Origin: Antedon mediterranea
Taxonomy: Eukaryota; Animalia; Echinodermata
DNA length: 64,000 nt
Assembly (NCBI RefSeq): GCF_964355755.1
Contig: NC_092679.1
Span: 11,949,432-12,013,431, forward strand
Direction: 5' to 3'
How positions within the stretch are numbered: position 1 is the stretch's first letter; the number at the start of each line of letters is the position of its first letter. Below are positions 25,301 through 37,052 of the stretch, one piece after another. A program made the translations under genes and the position numbers. The notes beneath the pieces were generated by a model that searched no databases, was not told the origin of the DNA, and saw only the letters and a program-made list of their open reading frames with translations.

Positions 25301-28300
25301 GCGTGAAACCTACCCCCATTTGTAAGGACTTATTGCGTGAAACCTACCCCCATTTGTAAGGACTTATTGCATGAAACCTACCCCCATTTGTAAGGACTTA
25401 TTGCATGAAACCTACCCCCATTTGTAAGGACTTATTGCGTGAAACCTACCCCCATTTGTAAGGACTTATTGCGTGAAACCTACCCCCATTTGTAAGGACT
25501 TATTGCGTGAAACCTACCCCCATTTGTAAGGACTTATTGCGTGAAACCTACCCCCATTTGTAAGGACTTATTGCGTGAAACCTACCCCCATTTGTAAGGA
25601 CTTATTGCGTGAAACCTACCCCCATTTGTAAGGACTTATTGCGTGAAACCTACCCCCATTTGTAAGGACTTATTGCATGAAACCTACCCCCATTTGTAAG
25701 GACTTATTGCGTGAAACCTACCCCCATTTGTAAGGACTTATTGCATGAAACCTACCCCCATTTGTAAGGACTTATTGCATGAAACCTACCCCCATTTGTA
25801 AGGACTTATTGCATGAAACCTACCCCCATTTGTAAGGACTTATTGCATGAAACCTACCCCCATTTGTAAGGACTTATTGCGTGAAACCTACCCCCATTTG
25901 TAAGGACTTATTGCGTGAAACCTACCCCCATTTGTAAGGACTTATTGCGTGAAACCTACCCCCATTTGTAAGGACTTATTGCCTGAAACCTACCCCCATT
26001 TGTAAGGACTTATTGCGTGAAACCTACCCCCATTTGTAAGGACTTATTGCGTGAAACCTACCCCCATTTGTAAGGACTTATTGCCTGAAACCTACCCCCA
26101 TTTGTAAGGACTTATTGCGTGAAACCTACCCCCATTTGTAAGGACTTATTGCGTGAAACCTACCCCCATTTGTAAGGACTTATTGCATGAAACCTACCCC
26201 CATTTGTAAGGACTTATTGCGTGAAACCTACCCCCATTTGTAAGGACTTATTGCGTGAAACCTACCCCCATTTGTAAGGACTTATTGCGTGAAACCTACC
26301 CCCATTTGTAAGGACTTATTGCGTGAAACCTACCCCCATTTGTAAGGACTTATTGCCTGAAACCTACCCCCATTTGTAAGGACTTATTGCCTGAAACCTA
26401 CCCCCATTTGTAAGGACTTATTGCCTGAAACCTACCCCCATTTGTAAGGACTTATTGCCTGAAACCTACCCCCATTTGTAAGGACTTATTGCGTGAAACC
26501 TACCCCCATTTGTAAGGACTTATTGCGTGAAACCTACCCCCATTTGTAAGGACTTATTGCGTGAAACCTACCCCCATTTGTAAGGACTTATTGCGTGAAA
26601 CCTACCCCCATTTGTAAGGACTTATTGCGTGAAACCTACCCCCATTTGTAAGGACTTATTGCGTGAAACCTACCCCCATTTGTAAGGACTTATTGCGTGA
26701 AACCTACCCCCATTTGTAAGGACTTATTGCGTGAAACCTACCCCCATTTGTAAGGACTTATTGCCTGAAACCTACCCCCATTTGTAAGGACTTATTGCAT
26801 GAAACCTACCCCCATTTGTAAGGACTTATTGCGTGAAACCTACCCCCATTTGTAAGGACTTATTGCGTGAAACCTACCCCCATTTGTAAGGACTTATTGC
26901 GTGAAACCTACCCCCATTTGTAAGGACTTATTGCGTGAAACCTACCCCCATTTGTAAGGACTTATTGCGTGAAACCTACCCCCATTTGTAAGGACTTATT
27001 GCGTGAAACCTACCCCCATTTGTAAGGACTTATTGCGTGAAACCTACCCCCATTTGTAAGGACTTATTGCCTGAAACCTACCCCCATTTGTAAGGACTTA
27101 TTGCATGAAACCTACCCCCATTTGTAAGGACTTATTGCGTGAAACCTACCCCCATTTGTAAGGACTTATTGCGTGAAACCTACCCCCATTTGTAAGGACT
27201 TATTGCGTGAAACCTACCCCCATTTGTAAGGACTTATTGCGTGAAACCTACCCCCATTTGTAAGGACTTATTGCGTGAAACCTACCCCCATTTGTAAGGA
27301 CTTATTGCGTGAAACCTACCCCCATTTGTAAGGACTTATTGCGTGAAACCTACCCCCATTTGTAAGGACTTATTGCCTGAAACCTACCCCCATTTGTAAG
27401 GACTTATTGCATGAAACCTACCCCCATTTGTAAGGACTTATTGCGTGAAACCTACCCCCATTTGTAAGGACTTATTGCGTGAAACCTACCCCCATTTGAA
27501 TTGTAAGGACTTATTGCGTGAAACCTACCCCCATTTGTAAGGACTTATTGCGTGAAACCTACCCCCATTTGTAAGGACTTATTGCGTGAAACCTACCCCC
27601 ATTTGTAAGGACTTATTGCGTGAAACCTACCCCCATTTGTAAGGACTTATTGCGTGAAACCTACCCCCATTTGTAAGGACTTATTGCCTGAAACCTACCC
27701 CCATTTGTAAGGACTTATTGCGTGAAACCTACCCCCATTTGTAAGGACTTATTGCGTGAAACCTACCCCCATTTGTAAGGACTTATTGCGTGAAACCTAC
27801 CCCCATTTGTAAGGACTTATTGCATGAAACCTACCCCCATTTGTAAGGACTTATTGCGTGAAACCTACCCCCATTTGTAAGGACTTATTGCCTGAAACCT
27901 ACCCCCATTTGTAAGGACTTATTGCCTGAAACCTACCCCCATTTGTAAGGACTTATTGCGTGAAACCTACCCCCATTTGTAAGGACTTATTGCGTGAAAC
28001 CTACCCCCATTTGTAAGGACTTATTGCGTGAAACCTACCCCCATTTGTAAGGACTTATTGCGTGAAACCTACCCCCATTTGTAAGGACTTATTGCCTGAA
28101 ACCTACCCCCATTTGTAAGGACTTATTGCGTGAAACCTACCCCCATTTGTAAGGACTTATTGCGTGAAACCTACCCCCATTTGTAAGGACTTATTGCGTG
28201 AAACCTACCCCCATTTGTAAGGACTTATTGCCTGAAACCTACCCCCATTTGTAAGGACTTATTGCCTGAAACCTACCCCCATTTGTAAGGACTTATTGCG

Positions 28301-29780
28301 TGAAACCTACCCCCATTTGTAAGGACTTATTGCGTGAAACCTACCCCCATTTGTAAGGACTTATTGCGTGAAACCTACCCCCATTTGTAAGGACTTATTG
28401 CGTGAAACCTACCCCCATTTGTAAGGACTTATTGCATGAAACCTACCCCCATTTGTAAGGACTTATTGCGTGAAACCTACCCCCATTTGTAAGGACTTAT
28501 TGCGTGAAACCTACCCCCATTTGTAAGGACTTATTGCGTGAAACCTACCCCCATTTGTAAGGACTTATTGCGTGAAACCTACCCCCATTTGTAAGGACTT
28601 ATTGCGTGAAACCTACCCCCATTTGTAAGGACTTATTGCGTGAAACCTACCCCCATTTGTAAGGACTTATTGCGTGAAACCTACCCCCATTTGTAAGGAC
28701 TTATTGCGTGAAACCTACCCCCATTTGTAAGGACTTATTGCGTGAAACCTACCCCCATTTGTAAGGACTTATTGCGTGAAACCTACCCCCATTTGTAAGG
28801 ACTTATTGCGTGAAACCTACCCCCATTTGTAAGGACTTATTGCATGAAACCTACCCCCATTTGTAAGGACTTATTGCGTGAAACCTACCCCCATTTGTAA
28901 GGACTTATTGCGTGAAACCTACCCCCATTTGTAAGGACTTATTGCGTGAAACCTACCCCCATTTGTAAGGACTTATTGCGTGAAACCTACCCCCATTTGT
29001 AAGGACTTATTGCGTGAAACCTACCCCCATTTGTAAGGACTTATTGCGTGAAACCTACCCCCATTTGTAAGGACTTATTGCGTGAAACCTACCCCCATTT
29101 GTAAGGACTTATTGCGTGAAACCTACCCCCATTTGTAAGGACTTATTGCGTGAAACCTACCCCCATTTGTAAGGACTTATTGCGTGAAACCTACCCCCAT
29201 TTGTAAGGACTTATTGCGTGAAACCTACCCCCATTTGTAAGGACTTATTGCGTGAAACCTACCCCCATTTGTAAGGACTTATTGCGTGAAACCTACCCCC
29301 ATTTGTAAGGACTTATTGCGTGAAACCTACCCCCATTTGTAAGGACTTATTGCGTGAAACCTACCCCCATTTGTAAGGACTTATTGCCTGAAACCTAACC
29401 CCATTTGTAAGGACTTATTGCGTGAAACCTACCCCCATTTGTAAGGACTTATTGCCTGAAACCTACCCCCATTTGTAAGGACTTATTGCCTGAAACCTAC
29501 CCCCATTTGTAAGGACTTATTGCCTGAAACCTACCCCCATTTGTAAGGACTTATTGCGTGAAACCTACCCCCATTTGTAAGGACTTATTGCATGAAACCT
29601 ACCCCCATTTGTAAGGACTTATTGCGTGAAACCTACCCCCATTTGTAAGGACTTATTGCGTGAAACCTACCCCCATTTGTAAGGACTTATTGCGTGAAAC
29701 CTACCCCCATTTGTAAGGACTTATTGCGTGAAACCTACCCCCATTTGTAAGGACTTATTGCCTGAAACCTACCCCCATTT
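22377..29780. repeat. 34-bp satellite, about 217 copies (7.4 kb)
   Basis: Unit tgaaacctacccccatttgtaaggacttattgcN with N = A, G or C. Confidence 0.99.
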
Positions 29781-30151
29781 TCCGTCAAATTCTACAGGTT
29801 AGATCTTCCCAAGTGCAATGTTTTTTTACAGTTAGTCCATTTGGATTATTTTGAAAAATTTAAGACCAAAATTAAAGCTCTATAACAACTGGTGACCTTA
29901 TGAACAATATTTTGCCTATGGGAACAACAATTTGATATTTAGGTATAATTATTACAAAAAGTCCATATTTTTTAAAAATCATCTAAAAGCTCTTTGTTTT
30001 GAGGTTTTAAATTATAATATTCAACAATCGGAATAGACAGAACTATTAAATCACTATGAGAGTACAACAGTGCTTTATATCCATTATATTTATTTCTCAT
30101 ATTTTTATTGTATACACCGTAGTATCATCCTTGCTTGTGATATATATTTCA

Positions 30152-30449
30152 AAACTTTAGTTCCATCTCCCTGGGCCTTTAAACCTTTAGTTACATCTCC
30201 CTAGGCCTTTAAACCTTTAGTTCCATCTCCCTAGGCCTTTAAACCTTTAGTTCCATCTCCCTAGGCCTTTAAACCTTTAGTTCCATCTCCCTAGGCCTTT
30301 AAACCTTTAGTTCCGTCTCCCTAGGCCTTTAAACCTTTAGTTCCATCTCCTTAGGCCTTTAAACCTTTAGTTCCATCTCCCTAGGCCTTTAAACCTTTAG
30401 TTCCATCTCCCTAGGCCTTTAAACCTTTAGTTCCATCTCCCTAGGCCTT
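30152..30449. repeat. 30-bp minisatellite, about 10 copies
   Basis: Unit aaacctttagttccatctccctaggccttt. Confidence 0.97.
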
Positions 30450-30879
30450 GCCTAAACCAGCTTACAGTATGCCATAATGCTTCAGATAGTGGTAAAATAG
30501 TTCAACAGATAAAAATATACTGTATATATTGATTATATACTGTATTGCATGCATTGATATCAAAACAAGTGATATTCACGCCATGAAAGCGCAGGTTTTG
30601 GTAGGACTTCTGTGACAGTGACCTTTTGTTTTCATGATACACCAGGAAGTATCCTAACACCCCTTTAAATTCCTGAAGTGCTTATTTCAAACTAGCAATC
30701 AGCAGTGAAAATATGGTTAATATGCCTATACTAGTCTAGATCATGATTGTTTTCTCTTTTGGGTTAATGAACTCCATGTAAAAATTCTGGTGTTGAGTCA
30801 AACACCTGTGTGGCTGGATGGAAAAAAAACGAAAAGTTGCGAAGATAATATCAAAAAGCACATTATCTACAATTTTTGT

Positions 30880-31067
30880 TTATTTAATTTTGAAAACAAA
30901 AACTTCTCCTACATCTTTGTTAAAATATCCATCTTTCTGTTCTCTAACAACTAACTCCCATTTGCCTTCGTCGACACGTTTCTGGAAGGCACCCTCAAGT
31001 TTCCCTTTGTTGTAAGCTGGTTCTTGAGATAGCCATTTTTGGTTCATTACAATGATCACAACACCAT
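30880..31067 (-). CDS. METTL27: METTL27/WBSCR27-like methyltransferase, terminal exon
   Basis: ttttaAG acceptor. Encodes (D)GVVIIVMNQKWLSQEPAYNKGKLEGAFQKRVDEGKWELVVREQKDGYFNKDVGEVFVFKIK*. Phase matches the preceding exon. Not in the ORF track. Confidence 0.85.
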
Positions 31068-31397
31068 CTTAAAATAAGCAAACAAATATGTTAATTCATA
31101 TCATTTATGTTGACTTTAGATACATGTCTAATGTTTTATCAGCAGTATTAAACCAAACATTTTGAATCACCATCTAATACAGTAGACAAAGGCTAGGTTA
31201 TATAAGGACACACCCACAGACCATGACAAAAAGATGTCATTGATTGGAGTCAAATTAAATTAGATGTATTGTCCCCCTGAAAAAATAGTTTAAACAATTT
31301 TTTTGCTGAATATGCCATTATAATGTCACATAATAGTTATCCACTTTGACCAAAAATGGGATGATAAAAAAAATTAAATACTTGAAAAAAAACTATA

Positions 31398-34300
31398 TAG
31401 TACAGGAAAACTATGAAATATGGTTGAAAAAATTGCAACAGAATTTATTTCACCACAATGCATTTCTATAAGGTCCCTATATGAACATACTAAAAGTCTA
31501 GAAAAATCCAGGTAGGGGAAATAGGTTTTTTTAAACAAAATGGCCGCCAATGGCGAAAATTCCTAAAAAAGGACAAAAAAACATAAATGATAGATCTAAT
31601 TACCACTTTATAATAGTTTTTACAATGGTTTATATATTTCTTTACAATTTCGAAGATCTGACCTACAATAAACACATTATTTTAAGTGCTGTTAATTAGA
31701 AAATGGCCGAAAAACAAATGTTTAAGTATCTAGATATATCCCTATTGTTATAATAATATATAAAACGCAGTCCTTCCTATATAAGACATAGGATTACGGT
31801 GTCTATTAATAAATCAGTTCATTCACATTTGTACTGTTATAACAATATATTACAACATTGGTGGTGCCAGTGGGGAGGGGTATAGGGATGGGAGATCAAA
31901 TGAGAAGGGTGAGGGAGTCTGTCCGTCCCCCCATCCCCTCTCCACAATTGGCTATTTTTTATGTAGACAATATGATGATATTTCCTAATATAAAACAATA
32001 CCCCATTGAGTGCTGTTTCAAGGATTTTCATTTTTAAAAGTGAGTAAAACTACCCTTTACCGGTATAATATTATCGGCCCAGCCAATTGATGCGGGTTGC
32101 GCTCTCCACCCCTCCCCACCCCCCTCCCCCTCATCGGGAAAATCCTTGCGCCACAATCTATTACCGTATTTATTCGGATAAACGCTACATTTAGAAAAAT
32201 CGAATAAATGCCCCCCTCCCCCTCCATAGGACATCATTTTGAATAACCTACGCCACCGCACCCCCTCCCCTGCTCCCATCGGACATCATTTTGAATTTAT
32301 TTCCTCGAATGTACGCCCCGCCAGATGCATATTATACACAATATTGTATTTTAACACATCTCTATTTGTAATAGAATTCACTGAATGGTGTTGTATTTGT
32401 TCATATCTAAAGGGTGTATTTATTTGATTATACACGTCGTTTCCCACATTACACCCCCAAAAATATACGCCTCTCCGAATAAACTCCTCACGACGATTAC
32501 ACTCCCCCACTACCCTCCTTAAAAATCAACCACCAAGGGCATTTATTTAAATAAATGCGGTAATTTCACTTTCATCTTGTCAGTATCTCATCCTCCATCT
32601 ATTGGTGGGGAATTGAGCATGTGCTGATGCCGTGGCATTCTTAAAAAATAGTGGAGCAGCAGTCCAAACCATATTTTCTGCAACGGCAATTCATTTTACT
32701 ACAACCTTATTTATAGGTACATCTAATCAACTTTAATAGTTTCTCTGGTGCTGGTAGTCAATTTGTCATCAATACTTTCCATCCCCAGTCTGTGGGTTGA
32801 AGAGTATTTCCTATCCACTGCTATACCTGGTAATAAAGACTCACGAAATGAAATTTTGCAGCAAGGGAATAGATTTGCTTTTTGCAACTTTCTCAAAGTA
32901 AAGAGGCTGTCTAAAGTCTCCATTGACTTCCCTCCATAATATATAGGTACCAATGCCAAATTCCTGATGCAATGTTTTCTTTTTTTTTTGGAAACTGTTT
33001 GGTTTACAGAATTTGACATACAACTCCTACTGTGATGTGATGATTTTTAAGACCAACACCTTTTCCTAAACCAAATTTACTTACGGCCCATAATTATAGC
33101 CTTTAAACACAATAGTAACAAACATACATGGTACATAATAAGTGTCTTTAAATGTTGCTGTTTCGGGCCAAGAGGTTTGATGTAGCAAACAGTGGGCAGT
33201 GAGATGAAGGTTTCTGAGTAGTCTAGCAGTGTGTATGGAGTCAATGGAGTAAAAGAGGGCTGCAGGAAAAGTATAAGATTTTTTTTTTGACCAAATGATG
33301 CATTGTGTATGACTGTCTCACATAGATGATGAAATAGTATATGTGAGGGAATGTGCACTGCTTCTTTATTGATGAATATGGTTGGTTTGACCCATGTGTT
33401 CTTTCCTCTTAAATTTATATTCTGTCACGGTTGCTTCATTTATTGATTTAATACTGTATGTTCTCGATGGGGGAGCACTGTGAATGCATGTAAAGTCTGT
33501 CCTTGGTGTGAAGCTCTGTAAAAATTAGTTTGCTTTTTATACATGGAATCCAGGGATATGATACTACATCCCATCTATTTGGTATAGGAAAAGGTCTTAA
33601 AAAGTCTTAACACCTGGGCAGTAGTATGCTTACAAACTCTGTAAAACCAAACGTCTCCAAAAAAAAAAGAAACCATCGCATCAGAGGAATTGGCATTGGT
33701 AGCTATACTGTATGGAGGAGGAATACGTTCTGGGAGAAAGTAGCAAAAAGCAAAACAGCACTTGAAATAAAGTCTATTCCCCCTACAACAAATGCTGCAA
33801 AATGTCATTCCCTGTGTGTATATTACCATGGTACAGCAGTGGATAGAAAGTACTCTTCAACCCACAGACTGGAGGATGGAAAGTTACAAATGGCGTGATG
33901 TGTCCATTGATGACAAATTTACCACCAGTACCACTGTTTGTGACGAATACCACGGCATCAGCACATGCTTAATTCCTACCTATAGACAGAGGATGATAAC
34001 TGGACAATGAAAATGAATGGATTAATAGATTCTAAGATTGTATAATTCTATTGTTGTGACAGTAAAAATGTAAATGAACTGTTTTATTAGACACCGTAGT
34101 CCTGCATTATAATGCATAGGACTACGTTGTCTATTATTATAACCGTGGTGATATCTTGATACTTAAATGTGTGTTTTTGTTGCTAAATAGCATTTAAATT
34201 AATATGTATATTGCAGTTTAAATGTTTGACACTAAGAAATATAAAAAGCATTATAAAAACTGCTATCAAGTGGTAATTAGATATAAAATATATGTTTTTT

Positions 34301-34488
34301 GTTCATTTTTAGACATTTTTCGCCATTGGCGGCCATTTTGTTTAAAAAAACCTATTTCCCCTACCTGGATTTTTCTAGACTTTTAGTATGTTCATATAGG
34401 GACCTTATAGAAATGCATTGTGGTGAAAAAAATTCTGTTGCAATTTTTTCAACCTTTTACTGATTCTGAGCATATCTTTCCTCTACTA
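31398..34488. mobile_element. Academ-type non-autonomous fold-back element in METTL27 last intron
   Basis: ata|TAGtacaggaaa ... tttcctctaCTA|ata (3-bp TSD). Inverted arms are traceable inward to about 33075 / 33576. Confidence 0.7.
32164..32560. mobile_element. Tc1/mariner-pogo-like MITE nested in the left arm
   Basis: TA|ccgtatttattcggataaacgc ... gcatttatttaaataaatgcgg|TA. Confidence 0.6.
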
Positions 34489-35399
34489 ATAATTTACACA
34501 AAAAATAGTCAAATTGGCTGCCAGCCAATGGACTTTTGGTTGATTTTAACCATTTATTTTGTCATTGTGTCAAGTGAAAACATTATTTTTTTATCGTATT
34601 TCTTTCTACGGAAGTAATTAACTGTATTAAAACTACAAAATAAACTATTCAAAATCTGATTTAATTACTCTTTATTTTTCATGTTTTAATTGTAATTTTT
34701 TAAAAATATTAGAAATAAAAAAGGATGTAGACAAACAATCTGGCCTGGCGGAAAAAAAGGTATTTTCAAAGAAAGTACCATACTGGATAAGCCCACCCCC
34801 AACTTTTGGCTAATTTTCACATCCACCTACCGTTTATTATATCAAGCTAGGCTAATATTAGCTAGGCTATATCATATGTTTTGTTCACACTCCATCCATT
34901 GCTTTTAAATTGAATGTTTAAAATAAGATATTCTACGATAAATGACACGAACTATAAGTTTAATTTTTCGATGCTCTACACTTCGTGTATAGGCAGCGTG
35001 AGACTCGTATGGTCGTAAAAACAAATGGGCCACCGAAAATGGTAAATAAATACACAGTACAGTATATTACAAAACCAGTGCATGGGCCCGGATTAATTTT
35101 GTATACAATTTTTTGTGTGCCTGGTTGCACACTGTAAAATAATATCTTAGAATTCCAGCAAATTATGTGCTGTTTTTGACGATCTGCATTTTTGGATCCT
35201 TGGGTACAAGTCCACCCCCCAAACTTCACGTGATTTCATGTTCAAGGGGGGTTTCTTCTTTTGATTATTACTTTTTTTAAATCCGACCTTCCTGTGAACT
35301 TAAAGTGTTCTCCCCAAATTACATTCAGGTAAGTTTTAAAATGTTGAGATATCCCATTTCACAAGAAATCCATAGACCATATCCAAGTAGTAAGCCTAC

Positions 35400-35492
35400 C
35401 TGGTTTAACAATACGGCACCAATCTTCAACACAATCTGGTTCTAAATGCCCAGGAGCAAAACAACCACAACACACCAAACCATCATATGTAT
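35400..35492 (-). CDS. METTL27: METTL27-like, coding exon 4
   Basis: Encodes DTYDGLVCCGCFAPGHLEPDCVEDWCRIVKP. AG/GT borders, phase 1/1. Confidence 0.9.
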
Positions 35493-35977
35493 CTAAAGAA
35501 CATAAAAGTAGGGAATTCAGAAAGAAAACAAAGACAAAAATGTTTCTTATTATTTTCCATTTTTCCAAATTTATATGTGGAATATACACATTATTAGTGA
35601 GCTTTTGCATCGAAACAATACAAAAGATTCTGTTAATGCATATAAGCCAAGTATACCTGCACTGTTTCTTTCATCATCAGGACTGTATTGGTAGATATAT
35701 TTAATGTTTATTTATTTATTTGTTCTTTCTTTTAATTGAACACTTTCAATACAAAATTTACTGATTTTCAAAGTGGTTCAGTAAATACAACATATAACAC
35801 AAATCAATTAGTATTAAAATCAAAAAGAACAAAGAAAAGAAATATAAAACTATCTACAATTGTAAATGTAAAAAAGGTATGCATATGTTGGTTAGAGTGA
35901 AGATTTGAAAGTTGGAACTTGGCACATGTCTCCTTTTGTCTACCACTACTAATTAAAATTGTTGCTTCTTACTGTAC

Positions 35978-36113
35978 CTGTTTCTATACTAAGTTTCCCT
36001 GTAGTAATGAATTCTTGAATGAAATTTGTATATGCTTTACAAGATTTTGCCTTCTCTAGTGATACACTGGATGCATCGAGTGCATGGAAGTCTGTGTACC
36101 CTAACTCTTTAAT
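35978..36113 (-). CDS. METTL27: METTL27-like, coding exon 3
   Basis: Encodes IKELGYTDFHALDASSVSLEKAKSCKAYTNFIQEFITTGKLSIET (SAM post-I region). cAG/GTacag borders. Confidence 0.88.
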
Positions 36114-36363
36114 CTGGTAATAAACGAAAATTGATTGTATGATAATAATAGGTTGAAAACAGTTTTTCTTTATAAACTATTCTTTGTAATGAATCTATTT
36201 TTTTTTAATATAATGCTCTTGATTATAATGCCACAAGAAATTATATTAAATGAAACACTTTTGGAATTTAAATTTTATTGATTATGTTCTTTTTATTGTA
36301 AAGCTGCTTTATTTTTTTTAACGTATGATATTTATACCTCCAAACTAAATAAAAGGAACATAC

Positions 36364-36486
36364 ATGTATGCCTAGAAGACCGGTACCAGATCCACAATCC
36401 AAGTAACTGGAGTTGATGGCTGTAAAATATCTCTTCATATATTCTGCAGCTATTTGCGGTCCAGTAAAACCATACACTTCCATGTC
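36364..36486 (-). CDS. METTL27: METTL27-like, coding exon 2
   Basis: Encodes DMEVYGFTGPQIAA...YLDCGSGTGLLGIH, containing SAM-binding motif I (LDxGxGTG). Phase 0/0. Confidence 0.9.
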
Positions 36487-36917
36487 CTTAAAAATATAAC
36501 ATTTACCATTTCTTATTCTCGTAATCACGGATGAAGGGTGGTCTTGAAGCTTGGTTTACAAAATCAAAATAACTTTAGATATATTGTAACACTAACAGTG
36601 TAAATCTGGTTTTAAACTTATTTCTGCAAATCAATATTTGGTATGCTGGTGGTAATAATAATCATTTTCAGTAGGTTGTACAAATGTCCCATTTCTGGAA
36701 GTGCTGTGCATGTGAGTTTCCCAGGGTGGTGTGGGGGGGGGGGGGTTATGGGGGGATGGGGTCGTCTGGTGATGGGGTGAGGCGTGAGCTAAGGGAGCTT
36801 TTTACAACTAAAATAAAAATATGAACTTCTCTTATATCTATTTTTGACAAGACTAAGGCATATTAAAATTTTGCCTGCCGGCGTTATAACATATATTTAT
36901 CTTATAATATTATTTAC

Positions 36918-37052
36918 CTGGTCATATGTTTTTGCCCAGGTATCATAGTGTGAAATTCGTTCATTTATACCAACGTCTTCTGACAAAACATTTTTTAAGC
37001 TGGAATGTCTAGTATCACTTGTATATTGTCCAGGTTCTGATTTTGACGTCAT
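36918..37052 (-). CDS. METTL27: METTL27-like, first coding exon
   Basis: Encodes MTSKSE...ISHYDTWAKTYDQ, with the YDxWAxxYD motif typical of WBSCR27/METTL27. A likely acceptor at 37081 suggests an upstream non-coding exon. Confidence 0.85.

Larger units (their letters stand above)
31262..34562. mobile_element. Kolobok-type MITE split by a 3.1-kb insertion
   Basis: 31262-31390 resembles the left part of the 1091 element (agatgtattgtccccctgaaa). About 34500-34560 resembles its right part (atagtcaaattg...ttttggtt). Confidence 0.55.

Noticed and set aside
22377-29780. CRISPR-like appearance (34-bp repeats)
   Set aside because: No unique spacers and no cas genes; eukaryotic intron-containing context.
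32723-33898. Two similar small ORFs on opposite strands as a gene pair
   Set aside because: They are mirror images within a degenerate palindrome, with frameshifts between them and no known domain.
36723-36782. G-rich tract with G-quadruplex potential in a METTL27 intron
   Set aside because: Low-complexity run, C-rich in the transcript, with no further support.
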